Positions 8,464 to 17,736 of a stretch of DNA of 64,000 nt are shown in pieces. The DNA comes from Candidatus Shapirobacteria bacterium. GTDB lineage: Bacteria > Patescibacteriota > Microgenomatia > UBA12405. The notes beneath the pieces were generated by a model, which saw only the letters and a list, made by a program, of their open reading frames with translations, ran no database searches and was not told the DNA's origin. The stretch's first letter is position 1. Each line of letters starts with the position of its first letter. The DNA is taken from NCBI GenBank assembly GCA_041659325.1, contig JBAZYN010000002.1, forward strand, positions 513 to 64,512, given 5' to 3'. Made by a program: the position numbers and the translations under genes.

Positions 8464-10212
8464 ATGATAAGAGCAATTATATTGGCAAGAGCATCTGACC
8501 CAAAACAAATTATCATGGGTGATACGTTGGACGACCAACTTTATCTCTGTAAGAAGCTCATAGTTGCAAGAGGGTGGGATTTAGCTGAAGTGTTTCCCTG
8601 TGTAGAAAGTGGCCGAAAGAAGGAAAAAGAATACTTTTGGAAAATCTATAAATATTGCGAAGAGAGACAAAATACTCCAAAAAAGATTGACTACTTGGTT
8701 GTGAAAAATTTGAGTAGATTTACGAGAGGTGGCGGTGCCGAGTATCTTTATCTTAAAAAACTTTTAGCTGAAGTTGGAGTAAAGGTTCAGGATACACTTG
8801 GAACCGTAGGAGATGAAATAAATACTTTGGGTGACTTAGGATTTAAATACGAGTGGAGCATTCAATCCCCCACAGAGGCCATTGAAGTGAGTCAAGCCGA
8901 GGGAAATTTGCAATACGTGAGAAATCAACTAACACAGATGATTAGTGGATGTATTCGCTATATCCAAAAAGGATATTGGAATGGTCCGGCACCTTTTGGG
9001 TTAAAAAACAAAAAGGTGGAAACTCAAGAAGATGGAATAAGGAACATTCTTGCTGAAAATACTATTGAAAGTCATTTTGTTAAGCGAATTTATGAGATGA
9101 GAGCTAGTGGAGTATCTGACAAGGAAATTGCTGAAAAAATAAATTTGATGGGATTTAAGACTAGGTTAATGGCAAAAAGAGACCCAATAACTAGGATGAA
9201 GATTGGAACAAGAGGGGGAGTTCCGCTTACCGTTAAGAAAATCCAAGAGTGGGTAGTTAATCCTATTTATTGCGGAGTCATTGTTGCTTTGTGGACAAAG
9301 TATCAACCTATCAAGGCAGTTATGTTTGACGGATTGGTTGATATAGAGACTTTCAACTCTGCTAATAAAGGTAAAATTTTTATATCAAAGAATGTTGATG
9401 GTACTTATTTGATTAAACGAAATATTAAATGGGCGAATATAAATCAACCCGATAAAAGAATGAGGTATAACCCGTTTTACCCGTACAAAGGCATTCTACT
9501 GTGCCCTGTATGCAAAAAAGAGGTCAAGGCGAGTGCTTCAACTGGCCATTTGGGAACTAAATATCCTGCTTATCACTGTGACAGGAATCACCATAAAAGA
9601 TGGCACGAAAAGCGAGAGGATGTTCATAAAATAGTTGAGAACTTTACAGAGAACCTAAAATTTTCTGAAGAATTTACAAAACTGTTTCAAGAAGTGTTTG
9701 TGGAGTCTTGGCAGGAAAAAAGACAAGTTGCCATGGTTGACAGTGAAAGGGCCGAAAACTACGTTTTAGAGCTTGTAGTGAAGCGAAAAAGCATATTGGA
9801 GACAATCAAAACAACTGATAGCTTGCCTGTCAAGAAGGCATTAGAAGAAGAATTTGAGGCAATTGATAGTGAAATAGAAAAAGCAAGAAGCGGGAGAAAT
9901 GGGGTGGAGAGAAAAGAGGTGGATATTAAGCATATTTTGAAATATGCGGGATATTTAGTGGAACACCCAAAGGAACTACTGATAGATACGGACAACATGA
10001 TAAATCAGAGGTATCTTTTCGGATTGGTATTTGACACCCTTCCAACAGTTGATGAATTAGTTAGTGGAACCGCCAAATTACAGCCAATATTCCAATTAAA
10101 GGGAAATGAAAATATGTCAAAAAGAGACTTAGTCCAGCGGGCAGGAGTCGAACCTGCTCAAAATGGTTTTACAGACCATCACCTAACCGTTCGGTCACCG
10201 CTGGTTATTTAA
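8464..10212 (+). CDS. large serine recombinase (resolvase + recombinase + Zn-ribbon/coiled coil)
   Basis: ARAS catalytic Ser, ESG, SRFTR, NPIYCG, CPVC...YHC Zn ribbon; last 25 aa are read from the antisense tRNA-Tyr region. Confidence 0.92.
   Translation: MIRAIILARASDPKQIIMGDTLDDQLYLCKKLIVARGWDLAEVFPCVESGRKKEKEYFWKIYKYCEERQNTPKKIDYLVVKNLSRFTRGGGAEYLYLKKLLAEVGVKVQDTLGTVGDEINTLGDLGFKYEWSIQSPTEAIEVSQAEGNLQYVRNQLTQMISGCIRYIQKGYWNGPAPFGLKNKKVETQEDGIRNILAENTIESHFVKRIYEMRASGVSDKEIAEKINLMGFKTRLMAKRDPITRMKIGTRGGVPLTVKKIQEWVVNPIYCGVIVALWTKYQPIKAVMFDGLVDIETFNSANKGKIFISKNVDGTYLIKRNIKWANINQPDKRMRYNPFYPYKGILLCPVCKKEVKASASTGHLGTKYPAYHCDRNHHKRWHEKREDVHKIVENFTENLKFSEEFTKLFQEVFVESWQEKRQVAMVDSERAENYVLELVVKRKSILETIKTTDSLPVKKALEEEFEAIDSEIEKARSGRNGVERKEVDIKHILKYAGYLVEHPKELLIDTDNMINQRYLFGLVFDTLPTVDELVSGTAKLQPIFQLKGNENMSKRDLVQRAGVEPAQNGFTDHHLTVRSPLVI
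10133..10204 (-). tRNA. tRNA-Tyr(GTA), C1:G72, short variable loop, no encoded CCA
   Basis: CCAGCGG/CCGCTGG acceptor stem, ATGGT-CTGTAAA-ACCAT anticodon arm, GCAGG-TTCGACT-CCTGC T arm, A73. Confidence 0.92.
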
Positions 10213-10588
10213 CTAAATATTTTTTATATTTTGGCCCCAGAACTAAATTGTATTTTGCAACAAGTTCCAGGCTAGGAATAAAATATTTTTCGAGATTTTG
10301 GGTAACGACAAAAAGATAGTCACAGTTTGCCGTGTCAAATTTTTTAATTTTTCCAACACTGGTTCTATTGCCACCTTTTACCGACAAATTGACTTCGTAA
10401 CTTTTTCTTTTATAGCTACAAGTTTTAACCTGGACTCTCCCCAAATGGCTTCCGTCATCAATGATTAAATCATAGTCTTGACTATCGGTGAGAGGGATAC
10501 CAACTGTGTATCCTACGCTTGTAAAATAGCCAATAGCTACACCCAATCCCATATCTCCTTGTTTTTTAGAGTTTTTAAAGAGCCCCAT
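10205..10588 (-). CDS. group I intron-associated-type PD-(D/E)XK endonuclease (PDDEXK_5-like), free-standing
   Basis: KQGDMG..., P..DSQDYDLIID......VQVKT motif. Confidence 0.8.
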   Translation of the reverse strand: MGLFKNSKKQGDMGLGVAIGYFTSVGYTVGIPLTDSQDYDLIIDDGSHLGRVQVKTCSYKRKSYEVNLSVKGGNRTSVGKIKKFDTANCDYLFVVTQNLEKYFIPSLELVAKYNLVLGPKYKKYLVK

Positions 10589-10669
10589 TAACAGTATGAT
10601 ACACCGTTAATGACCACTGGTAAAATGTAGATGATTATAGCAGATTTTGTTAACTGGTAGAATAATAAT

Positions 10670-11440
10670 ATGCGTAACATCAGAATAATTTCTTGGAATG
10701 TGGCCGGAATGAGGGCGGCGATAAAAAAGGGATTGTGGGATTTTGTAAAAACAGACAACGCAGAAATATATTGTCTTCAAGAGGTGAAAGCATATCCTTC
10801 GCAAGTGCCAATGATAGAGTGCCCCGGGGATTATATCCCCTATTGGAACCCGGCTAAAAAAGCCGGCTATTCCGGGGTAATGACATTGACGAAGATGGAA
10901 CCAAAAAAAGTAATTGTGGGAGACAGGGATAGCGATTGGGACGACGAAGGAAGGGTTTTGATAACTAAATTTGATGAATTTACCCTGCTAAATGTTTATT
11001 TTCCGAACGGCAAAAAGGATAAAGGAAGACTGCAATATAAAATGGATTTTTATGAAAATTTTTTGAAATATATAATCGAATTGAGAGAGCGGGGTGAAAA
11101 GGTTATATTTTGCGGTGACGTAAATACCGCCCATAATGAGATTGATTTGGCGAGACCAAAAGAAAACGAGTTGGTTTCCGGATTTTTGGAGATTGAGAGA
11201 AAATGGATGGATAAATTAGTAAAAAATGGTTTTGTTGATACCTACAGAATATTTAATAAGGACAGAATCGGATATAGCTGGTGGAGTCAAAGGGGCGGGG
11301 CCAGAAAAAGAAACGTCGGGTGGAGGATTGACTATTTCTTTGTCTCAGAAGAACTAAAAGATAATGTAGTTGGCGCTTTTATATTGCCGGAGGTGGTGGG
11401 GAGTGATCATTGTCCAGTTGGGATGGAGTATCGGATTTGA
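10670..11440 (+). CDS. xth: exodeoxyribonuclease III
   Basis: SWNVAG, LQEVK, YFPNG, GDVNTAH, GWRIDYF, GSDHCP. Confidence 0.95.
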   Translation: MRNIRIISWNVAGMRAAIKKGLWDFVKTDNAEIYCLQEVKAYPSQVPMIECPGDYIPYWNPAKKAGYSGVMTLTKMEPKKVIVGDRDSDWDDEGRVLITKFDEFTLLNVYFPNGKKDKGRLQYKMDFYENFLKYIIELRERGEKVIFCGDVNTAHNEIDLARPKENELVSGFLEIERKWMDKLVKNGFVDTYRIFNKDRIGYSWWSQRGGARKRNVGWRIDYFFVSEELKDNVVGAFILPEVVGSDHCPVGMEYRI

Positions 11441-12212
11441 GCATAAGTGAAGTACCAATACCGATAACCAAAGAATTGAAGAAAGGAAATGAGAGGTGGA
11501 TATTTTGTTTCAAAATGTAATTTAAAAGTAGGCCAATTATTACCCAATCCACGAACAAGATGATGGTGTAGATAAAAAGAGAGGTACCGTAGATTTCTAA
11601 TTTTTTATCGTTTGGGTGAAGTTTGAATATCTTTATAATGGTTTTGGCGACCCAAGAGTACCAGAGGTTTTGGCTGAGGAAAATGATAAGCAATAGTGGA
11701 GTGGCCATGAAGGGAACAAAATAATATAAATTACGTCCGCTTCGGAGGATTAAGGGCAGATACTGATTAACAAAATTAACAATTTGGTTTTTGTCCAAAT
11801 TGTAATTGACGGTGGCCGGAATTGTTTCTACCTTGTAGGTGTTTTCCTTGTCAGGATAGACGTAATAGTTGGTCCCGACCAGAGCAATCGGTTTGCAAAG
11901 GGAGGAGTAGGTTTCGTCAGTAAGAGATAGAACTCTAGGGTCCCGGTCGCCAGTAAAAACAATTCCCGATTGGCTTTTGTCGTCTAAAACAAGGCAATAT
12001 GGGGTTTCACGATTGACAGACACTTGGCCGCTTTTTACGGAGATAATCAGGTCGTCGGGGTAACGGGAAACCAGATTCGTGTCTACCCAGGTTGAAGCGT
12101 TAGACAAAATATCATTTAGGGTAGAAAGGGGCAAAATGAGATAGAACCAGCCAATGATGGATGACAAGAGAAGAAAGATAGTGAGGTAAAGGACCGATTT
12201 TTGGGTTTTCAT
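11379..12212 (-). CDS. membrane protein (DUF1189-like)
   Basis: N-terminal TM helix, soluble loop, three C-terminal TM helices. Confidence 0.6.
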   Translation of the reverse strand: MKTQKSVLYLTIFLLLSSIIGWFYLILPLSTLNDILSNASTWVDTNLVSRYPDDLIISVKSGQVSVNRETPYCLVLDDKSQSGIVFTGDRDPRVLSLTDETYSSLCKPIALVGTNYYVYPDKENTYKVETIPATVNYNLDKNQIVNFVNQYLPLILRSGRNLYYFVPFMATPLLLIIFLSQNLWYSWVAKTIIKIFKLHPNDKKLEIYGTSLFIYTIILFVDWVIIGLLLNYILKQNIHLSFPFFNSLVIGIGTSLMLKSDTPSQLDNDHSPPPPAI

Positions 12213-12231
12213 ATGTAGATTGTAACTTATT

Positions 12232-12930
12232 TTATGGTTTGATAATGAAATTCTTGGTCCCCTCTTTTTTTAACCAAAGATTGTTGGCTTTCCAATTTGG
12301 ATCGTATTTCCCGAAGGTCTCCCAATAGTGACGGCTGTGATTTTTAACCTCTAAGTGAATTAACTCATGCAGGAGAATATGGCGAAATTTATCTTTTGGA
12401 AAGAAAATAATTTGCCAGTTGAAATTTAAGTTGTTTCTGCCCGAGCAGGAACCAAAAAGAGATTTTTGGTTTTTCAAAGAAAGACGGAAATATTTGAAAT
12501 GATATAAGAGACAGAGATTGTCTAATTCCTGCCGGATTAAGGGTAGGGCTAAGCGACGAAGACGGGGTTCAAGGATTTTTTTGAGGTGGGGGCTGGTTTT
12601 TGTTTTGGCATTAATATCAATAATATGTTCATCGGGGAAAATAATAACCGAATCGTGTTTGGCCGGATGAATGTTTAGGGCGTATTTTTGATCGAGGATG
12701 GTAAGGGAAGAAAGACGAAGGAGGGAGCGGGGAGACTTAAATTTGGTTGAATTTTTAATAATCCAATCGGCATGCTGATTGATGAATTTTTTAATAAAGA
12801 AATCGGGGGTAAGATGAGGGCAGGAAACGGTAAAAGAAGAGCGTGATTTTAGGCGCAAGCTAAGGGAACGGACTAGTTTACGAAAGACAGAATATGTAAA
12901 GACTTTATTAGATAGCGTGATCTCGGGCAT
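12232..12930 (-). CDS. YgjP/DUF45-like zinc metalloprotease family protein
   Basis: KSLFGSCS, LNFNW, HELIHL..KNHS. Confidence 0.85.
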   Translation of the reverse strand: MPEITLSNKVFTYSVFRKLVRSLSLRLKSRSSFTVSCPHLTPDFFIKKFINQHADWIIKNSTKFKSPRSLLRLSSLTILDQKYALNIHPAKHDSVIIFPDEHIIDINAKTKTSPHLKKILEPRLRRLALPLIRQELDNLCLLYHFKYFRLSLKNQKSLFGSCSGRNNLNFNWQIIFFPKDKFRHILLHELIHLEVKNHSRHYWETFGKYDPNWKANNLWLKKEGTKNFIIKP

Positions 12931-12995
12931 GGTATATAATTATATTTGATTAGGAATTATATATTTTAAACTGGATTAAAAAAGATTAGTGATAA

Positions 12996-13439
12996 ATGAT
13001 ATATATCGGGGCGGACCATAAAGGGCATAGATTAAAAAGCAGGATTGTGGATTGGATGAGGGGCTCGGGGATTGACTGTACTGATCTGGGGAATAAGGAA
13101 TATGACAGTGGCGATGATTACACAGATATTTCGATATTACTGGCAGAAAAGGTGGTATCTGAGAGGGCGAAAGGGATATTAATTTGCGGCTCGGGGGTGG
13201 GGGTATGTGTGGCGGCAAATAAGGTTAAGGGGGCGAGGGCGGCTTTGGTTACAAACGATAAACAAGCCCGATTGGCCAGAGAAGACGATGACGCCAACAT
13301 ATTATGTCTGTCGACTGACGTGGTGGGCGATGAAGATAATATCGGGATTGTTAAAACTTTTTTAGAGACAACTTTTTCATCTGAAGAAAGACATATCAAA
13401 AGGATTAATAAAATAAAGGAATATGAAAATAAATCTTAG
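12996..13439 (+). CDS. rpiB: ribose-5-phosphate isomerase B
   Basis: GADHKG, ICGSGVG, ANKVKGARA, ERH.KRI. Confidence 0.92.
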   Translation: MIYIGADHKGHRLKSRIVDWMRGSGIDCTDLGNKEYDSGDDYTDISILLAEKVVSERAKGILICGSGVGVCVAANKVKGARAALVTNDKQARLAREDDDANILCLSTDVVGDEDNIGIVKTFLETTFSSEERHIKRINKIKEYENKS

Positions 13440-14475
13440 TCCTGTTTCTGAGGTAGATCCTAACTTAAGAGTCTTGTTGAGAATGGACACTGATCTTCCC
13501 ATGGATGACGGACAGATATTGGACAACAGCAGGTTGGTCAAGACTATCCCCACAATAAAGTTACTCCTGGAGAAGAATTGCAAAATTGTAATTATTGGCC
13601 ATCGAGGACGGCCGGAGGGAAAAATTGCCCCTGAAATGTCTTTGAAACAGATTTATCTGGAACTGATGGATTTACTGGAAAATGACGGACAGAGTTTAGT
13701 TGAGAGTGTGTTTGTAGAAAACTTTACCGATCAGGAAAAAATAAAACAGGCACTGGAAACAAATCAGATAGTTTTTTTGGAAAATCTGAGATTCCACCCC
13801 GGAGAAGAGGCCAATGACCCCCTTTTCCTGAAAGGATTGGTGGATCTATGCTCGGTGTTTGTAAATGATGCCTTTGCGGTAGCCCACAGGAAATGCGCCT
13901 CGATAATGCTTCATAACACCATGCCTGCTTTTTATGGGATAAGTTTTGTTGAGGAGGCAGAAAAAATTGCTAAGTTACTGGATCCGGAACGACCGTTGAC
14001 AATAATTCTGGGGGGGGCAAAAAAAGATAAACTGGATTATTTGCCGGAGTTAGAAAAGATAGCAGACAGAATTTTGATTGGAGGAAAATTACCAAAATTA
14101 ATGCAAAACCCCTCCCCCGCTTCGCGGGACCTCCCCTTGACAGAGGAGGCTAAAGTTGTGGTGGCAAAATTAAGGGAAGACGGATTGGATTTGAGCGATG
14201 AGGATATCGAAAAATTTAAAGAAATAATAAATAGCTCTAACACAGTTATTTGGGCCGGAGCAATGGGTTTTTACGAGTCTCCGGAGAGTAAAAAAGGGAC
14301 CGATGAAATAGCTAGCGCAATTGCGGAGGCAAATGCATATAAGGTAATTGCCGGTGGGGATACATCGGCTTCGGTGAGTAATTTGGGGGTGAGAGAAAAA
14401 ATTGATTATGTGTGTTCCGGGGGCGGGGTAATGCTTGAATTTTTAGCTAAGGGAACTTTACCGGCTTGGGGATAA
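13423..14475 (+). CDS. pgk: phosphoglycerate kinase (short, divergent)
   Basis: HRGRP, LENLRF, VNDAFAVAHR, GGAK, GGDT, SGGG. Confidence 0.9.
   Translation: MKINLSPVSEVDPNLRVLLRMDTDLPMDDGQILDNSRLVKTIPTIKLLLEKNCKIVIIGHRGRPEGKIAPEMSLKQIYLELMDLLENDGQSLVESVFVENFTDQEKIKQALETNQIVFLENLRFHPGEEANDPLFLKGLVDLCSVFVNDAFAVAHRKCASIMLHNTMPAFYGISFVEEAEKIAKLLDPERPLTIILGGAKKDKLDYLPELEKIADRILIGGKLPKLMQNPSPASRDLPLTEEAKVVVAKLREDGLDLSDEDIEKFKEIINSSNTVIWAGAMGFYESPESKKGTDEIASAIAEANAYKVIAGGDTSASVSNLGVREKIDYVCSGGGVMLEFLAKGTLPAWG
14109..14149. repeat. GC-rich double hairpin (REP-like) inside pgk
   Basis: CCCGC-TTC-GCGGG and CCTCC...GGAGG stems; single copy in the window. Confidence 0.5.
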
Positions 14476-14512
14476 TGAGGTGAATTGAGGAAAAATGGTT
14501 TATGATTAAGAT

Positions 14513-15556
14513 ATGGATAACATTAAACCAAAAATAAAAATCGGCATAAACGGTTTCGGGAGGATTGGGACGGTGGTGTTGAGAGCTATTCTAATGGAAA
14601 AATATGACGTTGAGGTGGCGGCAATAAACACAACCGGAGCTTTTGGGGTTGATACTTACGCACAACAATTCAAATATGACTCGGTATACGGAAGAATTCC
14701 GTTAAAAGTAGAGGCCAGAGATCCCGAGAAAGGTGCGGAGTTGGGGAGGCTCATGGTTGGAGACTTAAGTATTCCGGTTTTGGGGGAAATGGATCCAAAT
14801 CGGATTAACTGGAGGGGGTACGGGGTAGATGTTGTTTTGGAATGTACCGGAGCCTTTACCGATAATAAGGCCCTGGCTCATATTAAAGCAGGAGCCAAAA
14901 AGGTGGTGATTTCAGCTCCGGCAAAAGATCCGAAAATTCCGGTGTTTATCCTGGGAGTGAACGAGGAAAAATATAAAGGAGAGGCTTTGATTTCAAACGG
15001 CTCATGCACGACTAATTGTGTCGCTCCAATTGTAAAAATTATTGATCAGGCTATTGGCTTTCAGGAGGGTATTCTGACGACAATTCACGCTTATACGACT
15101 AATCAAAATATTGTTGACGGAGCCGGTAAGGATCCGCGAAGGGCCAGGGCAGCGGCAATAAACATTGTTCCGACTTCCACGGGGGCGGCCGAGGCAGTAA
15201 TCGCTGCTTATCCGGAGTGCAAAGGGCGGTTTGCCGGGACAGCCATAAGAGTACCGGTGGTATGCGGCAGCTATTCTGATCTTACATTTAAGCTAACCCG
15301 GAGGACAACAGTGGAAGAAATTAATTCAATATTGGAAACGGCTAGTGTTTCTCCCATATTGGTGGGAAAATTAAAAGTTTCCTATGAACCACTAGTTTCT
15401 TCTGACATCATTGGAAATAACGCATCGTGCGTCATTGATACAATGATGACTAAGGTGGTTTCCGACGACATGGTGTCAATCGGGGCGTGGTATGATAACG
15501 AATATGGGTACAGTTGCAGGCTAGCAGAAATGGCGATGTATGTCGGCCAAAAGTAA
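14513..15556 (+). CDS. gap: type I glyceraldehyde-3-phosphate dehydrogenase
   Basis: GINGFGRIG, SCTTNC, WYDNEYGYS. Confidence 0.95.
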   Translation: MDNIKPKIKIGINGFGRIGTVVLRAILMEKYDVEVAAINTTGAFGVDTYAQQFKYDSVYGRIPLKVEARDPEKGAELGRLMVGDLSIPVLGEMDPNRINWRGYGVDVVLECTGAFTDNKALAHIKAGAKKVVISAPAKDPKIPVFILGVNEEKYKGEALISNGSCTTNCVAPIVKIIDQAIGFQEGILTTIHAYTTNQNIVDGAGKDPRRARAAAINIVPTSTGAAEAVIAAYPECKGRFAGTAIRVPVVCGSYSDLTFKLTRRTTVEEINSILETASVSPILVGKLKVSYEPLVSSDIIGNNASCVIDTMMTKVVSDDMVSIGAWYDNEYGYSCRLAEMAMYVGQK

Positions 15557-15557
15557 A

Positions 15558-16202
15558 ATGACGATAATTCCCACTATTTTTGATAAAGATTACAGAGAGG
15601 CGGAAAGAAAACTGGGGCTAGTTTCCGGATTGACTAAGTGGGTTCAGATTGATGTTACAGATGATATGTTCACCCCAGGGAAAACTTTTGAGCTGGAACT
15701 ACTGAATAAGTTTGAGACAAACGGGATTAATTTTTTGTACGACATACACTTAATGGTTAAAGATCCGATTAAATGGTTGGAAAAGTGTTTGTTTGTCAAT
15801 GCGACCAGAGTTATCGGGCAGGTGGAAATGATGAGTAGCGTCGAGGCATTTGTCGAAAAATCAAAAGATATCGGTTTCGAAGCAGGAATTGCCTACGATT
15901 GGGGAACAGAGATTGGGAAAATCCCCAAGGAAACTGATGAAATACTTTTAATGGGAAGAAAGGCAGGGTTTGGTGATTTTGAACTGGAGAAGGGTATATT
16001 TATAAAAATTGAGGCTTTAAAACAGAGGAGGGTTGATGATAATTTGGATTTTATGATCGGAGTTGATGGAGCAGTGACTTTGGGAAATGTGGCAAAAATC
16101 AAAACGGCGGGGGCGGATTGGGTGTATTGCGGAGAAGCTGTTTTTCATGGTAACGTCAATGACAACTTAGACTTGTTAAGAAAGGAGATAAAGAGTGATT
16201 GA
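15558..16202 (+). CDS. rpe: ribulose-phosphate 3-epimerase (divergent)
   Basis: IDVTD..F, DIHLMV, VDG motifs; pentose-phosphate context. Confidence 0.8.
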   Translation: MTIIPTIFDKDYREAERKLGLVSGLTKWVQIDVTDDMFTPGKTFELELLNKFETNGINFLYDIHLMVKDPIKWLEKCLFVNATRVIGQVEMMSSVEAFVEKSKDIGFEAGIAYDWGTEIGKIPKETDEILLMGRKAGFGDFELEKGIFIKIEALKQRRVDDNLDFMIGVDGAVTLGNVAKIKTAGADWVYCGEAVFHGNVNDNLDLLRKEIKSD

Positions 16203-16773
16203 CAAAACCAGTAAAAAAATAAAAAGAATAACATTTTTTGGCGATGGAGATAGGCGGTGTGAGGATAAAAAATATTACAGGCAAGCCTTTGAGTTGGCGA
16301 AACTATTAGCAGAAAACGGATATATTGTAGTAAACGGCGGTGGCCCCGGGGTGATGAAGGCAGCAACTTTGGGGGCAAAAGCAGGGGGAGGGAAGGTTGA
16401 GATAGCGATTTTGGATCCAAAGAACCAACCGGCAAATTATGAGGGGGTCAATAAAGATAATTACGCGTTGGCAGATAAGATATTCATGATGTCTTCGTAT
16501 GAGACTAGGCTGAAAAAACTGATGAACCGAGGAGATGCCTTTGTAATTTTTAGCGGAGGGACGGGAACGATATCGGAAATCGGGATGACATGGAACAGAG
16601 CAAAGTATGAGTATGGGCATCATGAACCGCTAATTTTTTTCGGTAAATTCTGGAGGAGGATTGTGGCGGATTTAATTGCCGGCCTGGGCCTGGAAGAGAA
16701 AGAAAAAAAGGTGGTAGAGATGGTGGAAAGTCCAAACGAGGTGCTGAAATTACTGAAAAGAATCAGCGGATGA
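16195..16773 (+). CDS. LOG family protein
   Basis: NGGGPGVM, GGTGTISE. Confidence 0.85.
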   Translation: MIDKTSKKIKRITFFGDGDRRCEDKKYYRQAFELAKLLAENGYIVVNGGGPGVMKAATLGAKAGGGKVEIAILDPKNQPANYEGVNKDNYALADKIFMMSSYETRLKKLMNRGDAFVIFSGGTGTISEIGMTWNRAKYEYGHHEPLIFFGKFWRRIVADLIAGLGLEEKEKKVVEMVESPNEVLKLLKRISG

Positions 16774-17709
16774 GGTCTTGAGGACAGGGCGGGAATTTTG
16801 TTGGATTTCGATGGGAAAGACTTCTTGTCTTAGAATCTCATTTTTGGTGAGAGTGAGACGGACTATATTTGAATGGGAGGTGGCGTACGACCAACTTTGA
16901 TCAAAGATAAAATTACCATAAGAATAAAAAATCGGTTTCCCCCGGTAATACTCTTCCGGCTGCCAGACATGAGGGTGATGGCCGTGAATTATGTCGGCGC
17001 CAGCATCAACCAGATCTTTTCCAAATTTTTGCCGCCAGGCTTCTGGCTTGGGAAGATATTCGTTTCCCCAATGGAGAGAAACAATGAGCCAGTCGACTTG
17101 TCCGTCTGAGTTTTTAACAGTTTCGATGATTTTGTTTTTATCGTAATTGGGGTAGGTAATAAAGTCATAACTTAAAAAACCAAATTTAATATCATTGACG
17201 GTTTTGGTGACAAATTCTTTGTCAGGATCGTGACCGTAGATGTAGACGAGACTGTTTTGATCCAACATATCCTCTGTTTGGACTAGCCCATCCCGGCCAT
17301 AATTTAAAATATGATTATTGGCCAGTGATAAGACGAATTTATTTTCGACCAGTTGGGGCAGAAAACGAGTGTCTCCGCAAAAGGTAAATGTGCCGGTAAA
17401 ACCGGTCGGGCAGTCGTTGATAATCGGACTTTCAAGATTAGCCAGATTGAAATCATTTTCTTTTAACCAATCTCCTACTCCAGAAAAGCTCCATGAAAAA
17501 TCATTCCTAGACCTGGCTGTGGAAGTGATGTGGCGTCCTAAACCAAGATCCCCTACTAATCCGAGAACCACTGGCGGAATGAGGGTAGGAGAGGGTTGGA
17601 CCGTGGGGGGAAAAGCTGAGGGGGATGATTCTTTGACGGAAATTGATTTGGGGTTGGGAGAAAAAAGGGAAAGAAAAAAGGCGGTTATTAATGCGATAAC
17701 AGAAGACAT
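16750..17709 (-). CDS. CapA family metallophosphatase
   Basis: VGD, NLESP, LANNH, HWGNE, GHHPH, YSYGNFIFDQ. Confidence 0.88.
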   Translation of the reverse strand: MSSVIALITAFFLSLFSPNPKSISVKESSPSAFPPTVQPSPTLIPPVVLGLVGDLGLGRHITSTARSRNDFSWSFSGVGDWLKENDFNLANLESPIINDCPTGFTGTFTFCGDTRFLPQLVENKFVLSLANNHILNYGRDGLVQTEDMLDQNSLVYIYGHDPDKEFVTKTVNDIKFGFLSYDFITYPNYDKNKIIETVKNSDGQVDWLIVSLHWGNEYLPKPEAWRQKFGKDLVDAGADIIHGHHPHVWQPEEYYRGKPIFYSYGNFIFDQSWSYATSHSNIVRLTLTKNEILRQEVFPIEIQQNSRPVLKTSSADSFQ

Positions 17710-17736
17710 ATAATTGTTTAGTATACTTGATATTGT

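Larger units (their letters stand above)
2633..10135. mobile_element. serine-recombinase integrative defence island in the tRNA-Tyr 3' end
   Basis: GTCC core at 2633-2636 and 10132-10135; rejoining host flanks restores tRNA ...GGACCA; rejoining island ends extends the recombinase in frame; cargo is R-M, immunity and HTH genes, visibly AT-richer than the flanks. Confidence 0.8.

Noticed and set aside
2633-10135. Prophage or ICE
   Set aside because: No capsid, terminase, replication, relaxase or T4SS genes; only recombinase, regulators and defence cargo
10133-10660. Group I intron-split tRNA containing the endonuclease
   Set aside because: The tRNA-Tyr is complete and contiguous; no second exon or intron core is seen upstream of the nuclease
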